A stretch of 64,000 nt of DNA from Candidatus Hydrogenedentota bacterium (GCA_045863335.1 BTVY01000030.1:30799-94798); one strand, 5' to 3'; counted from the first letter of the stretch, positions 28,517 through 40,128 are shown. Notes: generated by a model not told the origin, from the letters alone. Translations and numbers: made by a program.

Positions 28517-30328
28517 ATGAACGGCAAATTGGTTCACGTCGCGTGTGGCTTGATCCTCTGCGCGCTGACTGCGCGAGGCGATGTCTTTACGACCGTAGAC
28601 ATTCGGAACGTCGACGTGCGCGGGGAGATTGGCAATCGGATTTCCGCGACCATCAACAACAACCTTATGGCACTCGAGGCGGACCAGGATTTCCTGAAGC
28701 CCTTTCAAGACCGGACCGCGACGGGCGGCTATGTGGGGCTCGGGAAGCTTATCGATGCCGCGGTACGGTTTGCCGCGTACACGGAAGATCCCAAGGTGCT
28801 CGAACGGAAGGAGCACCTTGTGGACGCGATCATCGCGACGCAGGAGCCGGACGGCTACATCGGCATGTTTGCGCCGGAGGCTCGGCTGTGGTCGTTGTGG
28901 GATATCCACGAGATGGCGTACCTGGTCTATGGGCTGACCATGGACTACCGGTTCTTTGGCGAGGAGACGTCGCTGGATGCGGCGCGCCGAGCAGCGGACT
29001 ACGTCATCGCGGGCTGGAACGCCAATCCCGAACGCGAACCGGGCGGCGGATCGATTACGGTGTATATGGCGGTAACGGGTTTGGAGCCCGCGCTGCTGGC
29101 CTTGCACGAGGCAACCGGCGATGCGAGGTACCTGGACTTCTGTTCGAATCAGCGCAAGCTCGCGGAATGGGACGGGCCGATTGTGGAGGGCCGCTGGGGA
29201 CCTATCCAGGGGCACGCGTACGCGTACATGGCCCGGTGCATCGCGCAGTTGCGGATGTACCGCCTCCAGCCGAAGCCGCAATTGCTCGTACCGTCCCATC
29301 GCGTCATGGAGTATCTGCTCGAACAGGACGGACTCGTCGTGACGGGGACGTGCGGGCAGCACGAGTGCTGGCATAGCACGCAGGAAGGCGCCGCGAACTT
29401 GGGCGAGACGTGCGCGACGGCCTACGAACTGCGGTTCTTCGACGAACTGATGCGCATGGAAGGGAAACCGCTGTACGGCGACCTCATGGAGCGGGCGCTG
29501 TATAACGCGTTGTTCGCCGCGCAATCACCCGATGGCCGCCGGATACGCTATTACTCGCCCCAGGAAGGCGAGCGGCAGTACTTCGAAGGCGACACCTATT
29601 GCTGCCCCTGCAACTACCGGCGAATCATCGCGGAATTGCCTGGCATGATCTACTACCGATCGGACGACGGGATCGTGGCGAATCTGTACGCGCCCTCCGA
29701 GGTAACGTTCTCCGTGAGCGGGGTCCAGGTGAAACTGGTTCAGGAAACGGAGTACCCGACCAACGGTACGGTTCGCTTGCGTGTGGAACCGGAGGCGCCC
29801 GTAGAATTTTCAATCCAATTGCGAGTCCCAGGTTGGTGCGACGGCGCGCGGGTGCAAGCGGAAGGCGCAACCATGATCGGCGACGGCGCGCCAGGGACCT
29901 TTCTCACGCTGCATCGCGAGTGGAAGCAGGGCGACGAAATCACACTCGAGTTGCCCATATCGCTGCGCATGGTCCGCGGCCGCAAGGCGCAGGCCGGGCG
30001 GGTGGCGGTGATGTACGGACCGCGGGTGTTCTGTTTGAATCCGGAGCTGAATCCCGCGCTGGCCAAAGAAGATTTGCGCTTGATCACAATCGATCCCGCG
30101 ACGCTGAAAGGGCCGATTCCCGATTCGAGCGTGCGGCCCGGCGGGCTGGCGTGTACGGTGAGCGCGTGGCGGACGACGAACTGGTATCCCATGGCAAAGC
30201 CGGATTGGGAATTGACGCTGACGGAGTTTCCCGATCCGGGTGGACAGGCGACCTATTTTCACGTGCCCAATCCCAATGATTCGCAATTCGTAGACGACGA
30301 ACTATCGGTGGACGGGACCGCGGGCTAA
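28517..30328 (+). CDS. GH127 (beta-L-arabinofuranosidase-like, DUF1680) glycoside hydrolase
   Basis: QEPDGY, GHAY, ETCA, ERALYN, CCPCN and LRVPGW motifs, with signal peptide. Confidence 0.88.
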   Translation: MNGKLVHVACGLILCALTARGDVFTTVDIRNVDVRGEIGNRISATINNNLMALEADQDFLKPFQDRTATGGYVGLGKLIDAAVRFAAYTEDPKVLERKEHLVDAIIATQEPDGYIGMFAPEARLWSLWDIHEMAYLVYGLTMDYRFFGEETSLDAARRAADYVIAGWNANPEREPGGGSITVYMAVTGLEPALLALHEATGDARYLDFCSNQRKLAEWDGPIVEGRWGPIQGHAYAYMARCIAQLRMYRLQPKPQLLVPSHRVMEYLLEQDGLVVTGTCGQHECWHSTQEGAANLGETCATAYELRFFDELMRMEGKPLYGDLMERALYNALFAAQSPDGRRIRYYSPQEGERQYFEGDTYCCPCNYRRIIAELPGMIYYRSDDGIVANLYAPSEVTFSVSGVQVKLVQETEYPTNGTVRLRVEPEAPVEFSIQLRVPGWCDGARVQAEGATMIGDGAPGTFLTLHREWKQGDEITLELPISLRMVRGRKAQAGRVAVMYGPRVFCLNPELNPALAKEDLRLITIDPATLKGPIPDSSVRPGGLACTVSAWRTTNWYPMAKPDWELTLTEFPDPGGQATYFHVPNPNDSQFVDDELSVDGTAG

Positions 30329-32157
30329 GCGCGAATCGGCATTGTTATCGTGATGGTAGCGCCGCGGCCCAGTTCACTCTCCACGTCGATGGCGCCTCCG
30401 TGGTTGGTAATCATGGCGTACGCGACACTGAGACCGAGACCAATCCCCTCTCCCACTTCCCGAGTTGTGAAGAAGGGCTGAAACACCTTGGCGCAAGTTT
30501 CCTCGTCCATGCCCGGCCCTGTGTCGGCAAATACAATTTGAACGGAGGATCTGTCGGTACGGCTGGTGATCGTCAGCCGGCGGCGGTCTGGTTCGACCTC
30601 CAGCAGGGCCTGATGGGCATTGTTGATGACGTTCAAGAATACCCGCTGGACATCCTGACTGTCGCAGTGAACCTGGGGCAGGTCCGGAGCGAGGTCGAGT
30701 GTCACTGCGATGCGGTCGACATTCAGCGCGTATTCAAAAAGCCCGTAGGCCTGTTGTATCAGTTCATTGATGTCGCAGGGCAACCGTTCGCGGTCCCCGC
30801 GCTTTGCAAAGGCAAGCAGATTCTCTCCGATTCGCCGGCAGCGATTGGCTTCGTCGATGATTTTCTCGAGCTTGTCTTTGTGGGCCGGTTTCTCGACAGC
30901 CTGATGCAATAATTCTGCGTACCCTAGAATGCCTGCAAGCGGGTTGTTCAATTCGTGTGCAGCCCGCATGACGATCTCGCCGAGGGCTGACATCTTTTCT
31001 TGTTGCAGCAATTCGCGCTGCATGGACTTCTGCTCGGCGATGTCGACAAGGAGCATGACAACGCCGTCGAGGCTCCCGTCGTCGAGTTCGAGGGGCGCTG
31101 CAATCACGTCGCAGTGCAGCTTCTTGCCGAACCGGGTGCGGAAGGTCACGCAGGCGCGAAAGTCTCTGCGGGCATCCACGACCCGCTCAAGTAAATCTCG
31201 ACCGGACGCATCGGTCCGTTCTCCCAGTTCACAAAGATCGAGACCAATGAGCGCGTTGACGGAGGGGGCGCCGCAGAGCCCTGCAGCAAGCGCGTTCGCA
31301 TCGCGAATGGCGCCGTCGGCGTCGGCGATAATGACACCGTAGGGAGAGATTCCGAGTAAGGTTTCCACATAGCAATTGGTGCGGCGAATTTCCGTTTGGA
31401 ACCGGCGTTCCAACCGTAGATCGCGGGCGATACCGACGACGACGTCGGTAGATCCGGCGTGATTGGTCAAGATGCGGGTGTCAATCTCCATGAGTATGCG
31501 TTCGCCATCTTTGGAATACACCTCGATCGTAAATGGCGATAAGTTTCCGCCGCCGGGTGCGGTCATCCGTTCCTCGACCAGGTCGATGTACTTGGAAACC
31601 ACAACGTCGTAAATGGAGAGTCCCTGCATGAGGTCTTCTCGCGTGTACTTCACCACAGCGAGTCCGGCGTCGTTTATATAGAGTATGTTTCCGGCTGCGT
31701 CGTGGACAAATACAAGGTCGCGAATGTTGTGGAGGATTCCCGCGAGAAAATCGTAGAGCCGCTGACTATCCGGATGAGCGGTCTGGGCCATGTTATCGAC
31801 CAGATTGTGGTACAAGCTGACCGTTTCGAGATTAAGCACCGAGGGCGGCAAGGACTTGCGAATACACGCGCGCAAGTGGAGGACGTTACCTGCGAAGACT
31901 TTGCCGTTGGAGTAGGAGCGAAACAGCTCGATTGTTTCCGTTTCCGCGGCACGCAGCAATCGGCCGATCAGGGCGTCATCCGCCCCGGCCTCGCGCAAGG
32001 GCATCACGTCGAGCGGCAGTTCGTCTTCCAGGCATCCGCCAAGCTGCCGGACGACCTGCGTCAGCGGCTCAGTATAGGCTTCGCTGTCCGCATGTTCGGC
32101 GGCCGCCTTGGCAATGTCTTCCGCGCTGCCCAGTAGTATGTCAATGCACGTAGTCAT
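30325..32157 (-). CDS. PAS-PAS sensor histidine kinase (NtrB-like)
   Basis: Two PAS domains, AHELNNPL H-box, NVINNA, DTGPGM, FQPFFTT and GIGLGL. Confidence 0.92.
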   Translation of the reverse strand: MTTCIDILLGSAEDIAKAAAEHADSEAYTEPLTQVVRQLGGCLEDELPLDVMPLREAGADDALIGRLLRAAETETIELFRSYSNGKVFAGNVLHLRACIRKSLPPSVLNLETVSLYHNLVDNMAQTAHPDSQRLYDFLAGILHNIRDLVFVHDAAGNILYINDAGLAVVKYTREDLMQGLSIYDVVVSKYIDLVEERMTAPGGGNLSPFTIEVYSKDGERILMEIDTRILTNHAGSTDVVVGIARDLRLERRFQTEIRRTNCYVETLLGISPYGVIIADADGAIRDANALAAGLCGAPSVNALIGLDLCELGERTDASGRDLLERVVDARRDFRACVTFRTRFGKKLHCDVIAAPLELDDGSLDGVVMLLVDIAEQKSMQRELLQQEKMSALGEIVMRAAHELNNPLAGILGYAELLHQAVEKPAHKDKLEKIIDEANRCRRIGENLLAFAKRGDRERLPCDINELIQQAYGLFEYALNVDRIAVTLDLAPDLPQVHCDSQDVQRVFLNVINNAHQALLEVEPDRRRLTITSRTDRSSVQIVFADTGPGMDEETCAKVFQPFFTTREVGEGIGLGLSVAYAMITNHGGAIDVESELGRGATITITMPIRA

Positions 32158-32326
32158 CGGCTCCGTCTCCCCACCACGCACCAACTTCACGGTACCGAAT
32201 CGAATGGCGCGGCTGCAAGTGATAAATCTTTGTAACAACGACCGTATGGACGCTTAGGTGGGGCGAGGCTATACTGTCATCCTTTGAAAAACCGCGTCTG
32301 GGTTCGCACTCGGGAGAGAAAATACT

Positions 32327-33646
32327 ATGCAGTTCCTTCGGAATCACATCATCGCACTAACAATTGGACTGGCGTTGCTCGTGCAGGGCGCGTCGGCGGG
32401 TCCATTTCAGGTTGGTTTCGCGAAAGTCGATATCACGCCGACCGCGGCGATGCCGATGTGGGGGTACGGAGCCCGCCATGACGCGTTGTCCACGGGCGTG
32501 CGCGATCCCCTCTTTGCGAAAGCGGTAGTCATCGATGTGGGCGAAGACAAGCTGGCCCTGGTGGGGTTGGACCTCGGGCGTTCGCCCCGGGCGGACATGA
32601 TGGCGCGCATTCGCGCCGCGGTGGCCGAGCAGTCCGGAATAAACTACGTGATGCTTTCGGGTTCCCATACGCACCACGGTCCGGTCATCGAGTTGCAGGA
32701 TGAGGAAGGAAAAGGCAAGGGCAAGTTCGACAATGCGGTCGCCTATGTACCGGAACTGGAACGTAAGCTGATCGCGGTAATCAACGAGGCGGCGTCGAAG
32801 GTACAGGACGCGCGGATCGGCTGGGGTTCGGCTGAAGTGCACATGAACCGGAACCGCCAGGCGAAGAGTGAACCGAAACCGACAGACCCGGAATTGACGG
32901 TGCTGCGATTCGACGATCTCGAAGGCAAACCGATCGCGTTGATGGTGAACTACGCGGCTCATCCGACGATGCTGCCGGGGGAGGATCTTCGGTTCTCGGC
33001 CGAGTGGCCAGGGCAAATGATGTACACCATCGAAGAAGCCATGAACACGAACGCGGGGTTCCTGCAAGGGGCAGCGGGAGACATGTCCTGCAAACCCACG
33101 GAAGAGACGCAGGGCATCGAGCGCTTTGGCAAAGCCATCGGCGAGGAAGCGATCGAAGTTGCAAGGGGTATCGAGACCAAGGTACCCGAAGCACCGTCCA
33201 TCCAGGGAGCGGACGAGGAGTTTGAATTCCAAACGCGGATTCCGGTGGACAACCCGTTTGTAGCCGGTCTGCTTGCGGAGGCCTTCTTCCCCGAGTTTGG
33301 GAAAGCGGCGTTTGACGAAATGAAAGGCGACCGGATTACGCCGCATCTCACGACGATTCTGATTAACAAGGAGCTGGCCCTCGTGGGCGGCTCAGGCGAG
33401 TTCTTCTGCAATCACTCCAACCGATTGAAGGAACGGGCGCGCGAGGTAAAGGTCGTCTTCGTCGGATACTGCAACGGCCATCACATGTATTTCCCGACCA
33501 TCGAGGCGGCTTCGGAAGGTGGTTACGGCGCGGACGCGACAGTAAGCTGGGTGCCCCTCGGCGCGGGCGAGCAGATGATGAACAGGGCGTTGATCAATAT
33601 CTATACGATGCTCGGGAAGTACGATCTGAACCCGATTGCCGAGTGA
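32327..33646 (+). other. neutral/alkaline ceramidase-like secreted hydrolase
   Basis: KVDITP, DPLFAKA, SHTHHGP, NYAAHP, FLQGAAGD and GYCNG motifs. Confidence 0.8.
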
Positions 33647-33674
33647 GCCGGAAACCGGTTCCACGCGAGCCACA

Positions 33675-35951
33675 TCAATCTGTTTCGATTCGGAAGATCG
33701 AGACGCTCAGAGGGCTGACGGGCACGCTGCTTGCGAGTCCCGAGAGGGACTCTTCTTCGATCGCCACGACGGGATCGCTGCCGGGATCGTTGTAGGCCAT
33801 CCGGTCCGGGCCGGTAATCCGCCATACCGTTGCGGTATCCGCGAGTTGTACATCCGGAATATTCACATTTAGATCGATTGCGCTGCGGGTTGGATTAACC
33901 ACACCGACGGTGATCGCGGACTTGTCCTCGTTCCAAGCCGCCGCCACGTTAAGGGGCGCCAGATTCCCCGATACGTCGATTGGCGTAACACCGTAGCGCG
34001 CTCGATAGAGCTTGAGGACGAGACCCGTAGTCTCAAACGCTGCCGCGGTCTTGCTCGTCTTGATGCAGCCGATGACGTTGACGGTCTGGGCATAGTTGGC
34101 CATCAAAAAGACATCGCTGTGGCGCGTCATTTCGTGAATGCCGCCCGCGATTCCCAGCGCGTCCTGTAAGAAGTATCGCGTCCCAAGTTCACCGAATCGG
34201 TGTGGTCCGTACCAGTAGTTGTATTCGTCGAGCGCGATGGGGATTCGATTGTCTGCGGCCGCGGGTATCGTGTCCCAGTAGCGACGGTGCGCCTCCGCCT
34301 TGGCGCGAACGGCGTCGGCGATCTGCCGCACGTGGGCGATCAAACCCGGCTGTTCGCCGCAGTAGAAGTGTTCGCTGAGCAGGTCCATGTGGTCCGCGCA
34401 CTCGGCGAGCATGGTCTCACTCCAGGGACCAGTCGCGCCGACACCGATTAGCGTGATGGCGGGGTCGATGGAGCGCATTCCCCCGGCAAAGACATTGTGC
34501 TTTTGCACGTACTCGCTCAGCGGCATGTGGCCAAGCTGCCAATCGCCGTACATCTCGTTACCGATGCCCCACCACCTGACCTTCCATGGGGCCTGCCGGC
34601 CGTTCGTCCAGCGCAGTTGCCCCATGGGCGAGCCGGGGCTTCCGTTCACGTACTCGACCTGGGTCTGCGCTTCTTCGACCGTACCAAGCCCGCTGTTCAC
34701 CGCGATGTAGGGCTCGGTACCGAGTTCCTCGCAAAACGCCATGAATTCGTGAATGCCGAAGTCGTTGTGCTCGATGCCCTGCCACGCGGGATTCTTGCGG
34801 GGCGGACGCCGATCCGGATCGCCGATGCCGTCTCGCCAGTCGTAGCCGCTCACAAAGTTGCCACCCGGCCAGCGGTATACCGGAGAGTCGAGTTCCTTCA
34901 AGAGCGCAAGCGTGTCGGCGCGCATGCCGTTGACGTTGTCCGCAGGCATAAGTGACACTGTGCCGACCCAGGCGCCGTTTGGCGCGGAGATGATCAAGCG
35001 TGCGTCGTCCGTCGAGGCGCGCGCGGCAAACGACAAAGGATACTTCCGATAACCGCTGGTGAGCGATTCGATCCGGCAAACGCCCTTATCCCCCTCACCA
35101 TCGCCCCAGACGAGGGCGACTTCGACGGGTCCCTCGCCGGCCAACACGATGCGGCCGGTGTAATCTTTACCGTCGAGGATGCCGAGTCCGTGCTGTTCGA
35201 TGGAGCCTTTCACGTATGGTGTATGCTCGCCGACGTAAGAGGATTCCGCGACCATCTCCGCGAATCCGGTCGAGCGCCACGGCGAATCTTCGGCGTCCAC
35301 CGCGTGGTAAAACTTGCGGTCTTCCAGCATCTCCGCCCAGATCCCACCGTAGATGCAGCGTCCCAGATGCTCGATGAATTGACCGTAGATGTATTTCGAG
35401 ATCGGCGGACCGGTCTTGGAAACGTCGATGGTCGCGGAGGGCGTGAGACTCTGGTCACCAATCCGTTCAAGTGTGAGATCGTCGTACCAGGCCGTGCCCT
35501 TCGCCTGCCCCCAACCGCCGAGCAGGCAGTTGATGGTGATGATGTCAGTTGGCCCGGTCTCGAATTCGACAGAGACCTGCGTCCAATCCGTCGTGCCGGC
35601 GATCGCGGGAGTCTTTACCGTGGGACCGCCATGGAGGTTTAGCAGGGCGCCTTCACCCGAGGTAGGCTCCAGGTTCGCAGTTCTGATCCATCCCGAAAGG
35701 CGGTAGATCGAGTACGGCTCGACGTCGGCCGTACGAAACCACGCCGCGTCGCACCCAGCTTCAGAAGAAATGCGGACACAGCGGCTAGTCTCGCGCCCTT
35801 CGGCCACGTAGTCAAATGTGGCGTTGCCACCCCAGACGTGCGTATCCCAGCCGACAGGTTTGTTTGTGGGGTCCTCGAAGGACGGGTTCAAGAGGACGTT
35901 GCCTTCGGCTGCTCCGAACGTAAGTCCGGCTACTACGGCCAACACCAACAT
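33675..35951 (-). CDS. GH51 alpha-L-arabinofuranosidase with N-terminal CBM-like domain
   Basis: IYGQFIEHLGRCIYGG, RWPGGNF, WGIGNE, ALDEYN and AQTVNVIG motifs. The N-terminal NPSFE...WYDD segment is CBM4/9-like. Confidence 0.9.
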   Translation of the reverse strand: MLVLAVVAGLTFGAAEGNVLLNPSFEDPTNKPVGWDTHVWGGNATFDYVAEGRETSRCVRISSEAGCDAAWFRTADVEPYSIYRLSGWIRTANLEPTSGEGALLNLHGGPTVKTPAIAGTTDWTQVSVEFETGPTDIITINCLLGGWGQAKGTAWYDDLTLERIGDQSLTPSATIDVSKTGPPISKYIYGQFIEHLGRCIYGGIWAEMLEDRKFYHAVDAEDSPWRSTGFAEMVAESSYVGEHTPYVKGSIEQHGLGILDGKDYTGRIVLAGEGPVEVALVWGDGEGDKGVCRIESLTSGYRKYPLSFAARASTDDARLIISAPNGAWVGTVSLMPADNVNGMRADTLALLKELDSPVYRWPGGNFVSGYDWRDGIGDPDRRPPRKNPAWQGIEHNDFGIHEFMAFCEELGTEPYIAVNSGLGTVEEAQTQVEYVNGSPGSPMGQLRWTNGRQAPWKVRWWGIGNEMYGDWQLGHMPLSEYVQKHNVFAGGMRSIDPAITLIGVGATGPWSETMLAECADHMDLLSEHFYCGEQPGLIAHVRQIADAVRAKAEAHRRYWDTIPAAADNRIPIALDEYNYWYGPHRFGELGTRYFLQDALGIAGGIHEMTRHSDVFLMANYAQTVNVIGCIKTSKTAAAFETTGLVLKLYRARYGVTPIDVSGNLAPLNVAAAWNEDKSAITVGVVNPTRSAIDLNVNIPDVQLADTATVWRITGPDRMAYNDPGSDPVVAIEEESLSGLASSVPVSPLSVSIFRIETD

Positions 35952-35990
35952 CGGACCCCTCCCCCGTTTTGCGCCGCGAGTCGAAGAACC

Positions 35991-36031
35991 AAAAAACGCC
36001 CGGGGGCCGCAGCCATGACGGCCCCCGGGCG
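35991..36031 (-). terminator. Rho-independent terminator after the PMM/PGM gene
   Basis: 13-bp GC stem CGCCCGGGGGCCG/CGGCCCCCGGGCG followed by T6 on the minus strand. Confidence 0.85.
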
Positions 36032-36036
36032 GGCGA

Positions 36037-37404
36037 TCATTTGTTCAAGGCTTTGACCTTGGTCTCGATGAGCTTCTGAATCTCGTTGAGCCGCTTCTTC
36101 GACTCGGCTTCGCAGCGCATCACCAGTACGGGCGACGTGTTCGACGCGCGAAGCAAGCCCCACCCGTCTTCGAACTCGATGCGGGCGCCGTCGATGGTGT
36201 TGACGTTGAGGCCGAGTTCTTTCTTGAAGTACTGCGTGGCTTCCGCGACGATGTCGAACTTGCGGGACTCGTCGGTCTCGATCCGGATTTCCTCGGTCAC
36301 GAACGTTTCCGGCACGTTGGAGAGGTGATCGTGGAGGGTCTTGCGGCCTTTCGACAAGAACTCGAGCAGTCGCGCGCCGGAGTAGATCGCGTCATCAAAC
36401 CCATACCAGCGGTGCTTGAAGAACATGTGGCCGCTCATCTCACCGGCCAATTGCGCTTTGTGCAGTTTCATGGCGGCCTTGATGAGGGAGTGGCCGGTTT
36501 TCCACATGATCGGTTTGCCGCCGTGTTTGGCAATGTCTTCGTACAACGAGCGCGAACTCTTGACTTCGCCGATGACGGTCGCGCCCGGCTTCTCCTTGAG
36601 CACGTCGCGCGCAAAGAGGATGAGGAGTTTGTCGCCGAAAATGACATTGCCCTTTTCGTCGACGGCGCCAACGCGATCCACGTCGCCGTCGTACGCGATG
36701 CCGAGATCGGCCTTGGTCTTCTTGACGGTCTTGATAAGTTCCTTCAGATTCGCTGGGACCGTTGGATCGGGATGGTGGTTGGGGAAGGTGCCGTCCACGT
36801 CGCAATACAGAGGAATCACTTCGCAGCCGAGCTGCCGGTAGAGTTCCAGCCCGACGGGACCGCCGACGCCATTACCGCCGTCGAGCACGACCTTCAGTTT
36901 GCGCTTCAACTTGATGCCGCTCGTAATGCGCTTGAGGTATTTCGGCACGAGGTCCATGCGGGTGATCGTGACGGACCCCTTCGCATTGGGGAACTTGCCG
37001 GCTTTGGCGATCTGCATCAGCTTCTGGATTTCCTTGCCGTGCAAGGTCGCCTTGCCGATGGCCACTTTCATCCCGTTGTACTCTTTGGGATTGTGGCTGG
37101 CGGTAATCATGACGCCGCCGTCGACGGGAAGCGTGAAGAGCCCGAAATAGACCAGCGGCGTGGGAACCTCGCCGATGTCGATCACGTTGACACCGCAGGA
37201 CGCAATGCCGTCGATGATGGCGTTGGCGTAGGCCTTCGAGGTAAGACGCCCGTCACGGCCAACGACAACGCAGTTGTGCTTCTTCTTGCCGCGGAGATAG
37301 GCGCACATGGCTTTTCCCACGACTTCATAGGTCGATTCATCCAGGTCTTTGCCAGCGATCCCGCGGATATCGTATTCGCGGAAAATGTGTGGCTTGATCT
37401 CCAT
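36037..37404 (-). CDS. phosphomannomutase/phosphoglucomutase (AlgC-like)
   Basis: FREYDIRG, TASHNP, DGDVDR, GEMSGH and RASNT motifs. Confidence 0.95.
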   Translation of the reverse strand: MEIKPHIFREYDIRGIAGKDLDESTYEVVGKAMCAYLRGKKKHNCVVVGRDGRLTSKAYANAIIDGIASCGVNVIDIGEVPTPLVYFGLFTLPVDGGVMITASHNPKEYNGMKVAIGKATLHGKEIQKLMQIAKAGKFPNAKGSVTITRMDLVPKYLKRITSGIKLKRKLKVVLDGGNGVGGPVGLELYRQLGCEVIPLYCDVDGTFPNHHPDPTVPANLKELIKTVKKTKADLGIAYDGDVDRVGAVDEKGNVIFGDKLLILFARDVLKEKPGATVIGEVKSSRSLYEDIAKHGGKPIMWKTGHSLIKAAMKLHKAQLAGEMSGHMFFKHRWYGFDDAIYSGARLLEFLSKGRKTLHDHLSNVPETFVTEEIRIETDESRKFDIVAEATQYFKKELGLNVNTIDGARIEFEDGWGLLRASNTSPVLVMRCEAESKKRLNEIQKLIETKVKALNK

Positions 37405-37570
37405 ACCGCTCTCCTTGTTATGGCTGCGCAGCCGGACCTCTTCGCCGCCGGCTGCCGTAGAGGTACTGTTCGCGTCTGCCGGCAAACGGGGAGGTAGCCG
37501 GCATTCCAAACCTGCCTTTACGGGCAGGGTATCAAGTATTCCGCGTTTGCTTCAACGCGTCCGCGGACAT

Positions 37571-37603
37571 AAGAAATGCGCCCCCCTCGAAAGGAAGGCG
37601 CAT
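37571..37603 (-). terminator. terminator of the rplM-rpsI operon
   Basis: ATGCGCC..GGCGCAT stem followed by a T-rich run on the minus strand, just after the rpsI stop. Confidence 0.75.
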
Positions 37604-37626
37604 AAAGGCACTGAGTAAAGTCTGGT

Positions 37627-38025
37627 TTAGCGCTTCGAGAACTGGAAGCGTTTGCGCGCGCCGGGCTGGCCGTACTTCTTGCGCTCGACCTCGCGGGCGT
37701 CGCGCGTGAGCAGGCCGGCTCTGCGGAGTATGGGACGGTACTTCTCGTTCGACTCGACAAGCGCGCGGGCAATACCCAGGCGAAGCGCGCCCGCCTGACC
37801 GGCAAGACCGCCGCCGTCGCAGATGGCGCGAACGTCGTACTTGCCCATATTGTCGGTGACCTCGAAGGGCTGGCGGGCCATCATGACGAGCACCTCGCGG
37901 GCCATGTACTCTTCAACGGGCTTGCCGTTCACGACGAGCACCCCCGTTCCGGGCTTGAGGCGTACGCGCGCCACGGCCGTTTTCCGGCGTCCGACGGTCA
38001 CGATTTCGTTGTTAATCTCTGCCAC
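37627..38025 (-). CDS. rpsI: 30S ribosomal protein S9
   Basis: [22 protein letters not shown] and [17 protein letters not shown] motifs. Confidence 0.98.
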   Translation of the reverse strand: MAEINNEIVTVGRRKTAVARVRLKPGTGVLVVNGKPVEEYMAREVLVMMARQPFEVTDNMGKYDVRAICDGGGLAGQAGALRLGIARALVESNEKYRPILRRAGLLTRDAREVERKKYGQPGARKRFQFSKR

Positions 38026-38078
38026 TGTGATATCCTCTTTTGCTGTGAGGGCCCGTCGATTGCGGGCTCACTGAACCA

Positions 38079-38507
38079 TCATATCGAATAGGGCTGGGGA
38101 TTCTGGGCCTCGTGTTTGTGATCGGGCCCCACGTACACGCGCAGGTGCTTCGCGAGTTTGCGTCCCAGCCGGTTGTGGGGGAGCATGCCTTTCACGGCCA
38201 GGGTCATGGCGCGCGTCGGGTGCTTCTCCATCAGGCGATTGTAATTGTATTCGGACAGGCCGCCCGGATAACCAGAGTGGCGGTAGTACATCTTCGCTTC
38301 CGCCTTCTTTCCGGTGAGCTTGGCCTTGTCGGCATTGATGATGATCACGTGATCGCCACAATCCAGGTAAGGCGTATACTGCGGCTTGTGCTTGCCGCGC
38401 AGGAGCTTGGCGGCTTCAACGGCCACGCGCCCCAACACCTTTCCGTCGGCATCGATGACGTGCCATTTCTTTTCGACTTCCCCCTCTTTGGGGACGTACG
38501 TTTTCAC
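38079..38507 (-). CDS. rplM: 50S ribosomal protein L13
   Basis: WHVIDA..LGR, LRGKHKP.YTP..DCGD and [10 protein letters not shown] motifs. GTG start at 38507 with GAGGA RBS. Confidence 0.98.
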   Translation of the reverse strand: MKTYVPKEGEVEKKWHVIDADGKVLGRVAVEAAKLLRGKHKPQYTPYLDCGDHVIIINADKAKLTGKKAEAKMYYRHSGYPGGLSEYNYNRLMEKHPTRAMTLAVKGMLPHNRLGRKLAKHLRVYVGPDHKHEAQNPQPYSI

Positions 38508-38733
38508 GCGACAATTCCTCCGTTCAAAGCGAACCGGCAGGTCCGCGAAACTCCAGAAACCATGTGTGCTCGACACTCGGGCGGGGCGGCCTACCAACCG
38601 CGCCGCCAACAACTTACGCACCCGGCAGGTAACGGGGTCTGCCCTCTGGGTTGCCGCATCGCTGCTAGCAGGCCGCGTGAACCCACCCCTCCGCAAGTGC
38701 GGTTTCGGGGTGAAACGTCCAACGCGACGGGGG

Positions 38734-38762
38734 AATATACCAAACGTCGGCTCCGATGTCAA
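38734..38762 (-). promoter_or_regulatory. sigma70 promoter of rplM-rpsI
   Basis: TTGACA (38762-38757), 17 bp spacer, TATATT (38739-38734), with a TG extension. Confidence 0.75.
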
Positions 38763-38805
38763 AATCCTTGCGGCGGAGCGGTTTGGGTTTCCCTGTCCGC
38801 CGACC

Positions 38806-39930
38806 CTACAACTTGATGATGTACCCCTGCTTGTGGAGGCGGTTGGCCACAGCCCAGCAGAACCAGTAGCACACGCAGAAGCCGAATGTGGCCCAGGCGT
38901 AGTCGCCCAAGGTGGCTGCCTCGGGTTTGATTTTCTCGAATTCCTCGCTGAAAAAGTAGCTGCCGTTCAAGCCCATCAACGCGTATTGCAGGATATAAAT
39001 CACGAGCGGGTTTTCGCCCACGATGGTGAGTGTCGGGAACTTGAAGTTCATCAAGTCGCAGCTAACGTAGAAAAACAAGAACGCGACGAAGGCCAGGCCG
39101 GTGTGGAGCAATTGCGACGGAGCGATGGCCCATCGGTGGGAGTAGGACCACCACTTCCCGTATTCGGCGTAAGGCGCGTAATCAACCGGCGTCAGTTTGT
39201 AGGCAATCCAACTGGCAACGCAGAGCCCCACACCACAAACCGCCGACCACGTAAGAATCTTCCGGGTGTCCCGGGATTGCAGTAAGTCGTAGGCAATCGT
39301 TCCAAAGAGCAGGATGAACGCCTGACTGATGGGTCCGAGGGGTCCACCGTTCATGCTCTTGTGACGCAGCCAGTCGCCGTAGCCAGCATAGGTTTGCCCA
39401 TCGTACGTGAAGTGGGAACCCGGTCCCGTATAGTGGAAGAACAACGTGAAGATACCGAGATAGATAAACGCAGTGACGACGCGGGTCGAGACCTTCTTGT
39501 CGATAAAGGGCAACGCCAACATGCCGGCGAGCGCGATGTCGACGAGCGCGTCCCACCAATCGATTCGCATGTTGGGACCGTAGATCGCGATACCGACGAT
39601 GAACAGCGTGAAGTAGCGCTTGAGCGCTTCCCAACGGGCAGCGCCAAGGCCTTTCTTTTCGATGCGCCGCTGGAGGGACAGGCGGAATCCCATTCCGACG
39701 ACAAACATGAACAAGGGCGCAATGGTGTCGGCATAGGACGCCTTGTCCCGATGGTGGTGCAGAATGTCGGGCATGAAATCGAAATGGCCGAGATAATTGA
39801 CGAGAATCATCCCAAAAATCGCGTATCCGCGAAGCTGGTCCATGGACGCGATGCGGGCCCCGGCCGACAGGATCCCGGTTTTCGGCGCCGTAGTGGTGGC
39901 GGATTGTGCCGTAGATTCTGAAGCAGACAT
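38806..39930 (-). CDS. heparan-alpha-glucosaminide N-acetyltransferase-like (DUF1624/DUF5009) membrane protein
   Basis: [30 protein letters not shown] and G.NPL.IY motifs, polytopic. Confidence 0.8.
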   Translation of the reverse strand: MSASESTAQSATTTAPKTGILSAGARIASMDQLRGYAIFGMILVNYLGHFDFMPDILHHHRDKASYADTIAPLFMFVVGMGFRLSLQRRIEKKGLGAARWEALKRYFTLFIVGIAIYGPNMRIDWWDALVDIALAGMLALPFIDKKVSTRVVTAFIYLGIFTLFFHYTGPGSHFTYDGQTYAGYGDWLRHKSMNGGPLGPISQAFILLFGTIAYDLLQSRDTRKILTWSAVCGVGLCVASWIAYKLTPVDYAPYAEYGKWWSYSHRWAIAPSQLLHTGLAFVAFLFFYVSCDLMNFKFPTLTIVGENPLVIYILQYALMGLNGSYFFSEEFEKIKPEAATLGDYAWATFGFCVCYWFCWAVANRLHKQGYIIKL

Positions 39931-40128
39931 GTTCCCCTCCTCACACTGAACGTACAGATCGGACACGACGCAGCGCCCCCCGGCACTTTTGTGTCCTTCA
40001 ATGGTGCGAACCCCGAACTATGGTTGCATAAATGACCGTGCAGAGTCCAAAAAAGGGGGTCCTCATGTTGATAATGGGTCGTAGTTCAGCGGATTCCGCG
40101 GCAACAACCGGAGTTCCGGGGGTCCTCA

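Noticed and set aside
38508-38762. 85-aa N-terminal extension of L13 in the ORF track
   Set aside because: The ORF begins at the TTG of the -35 box. The real start is GTG 38507, which has an RBS.
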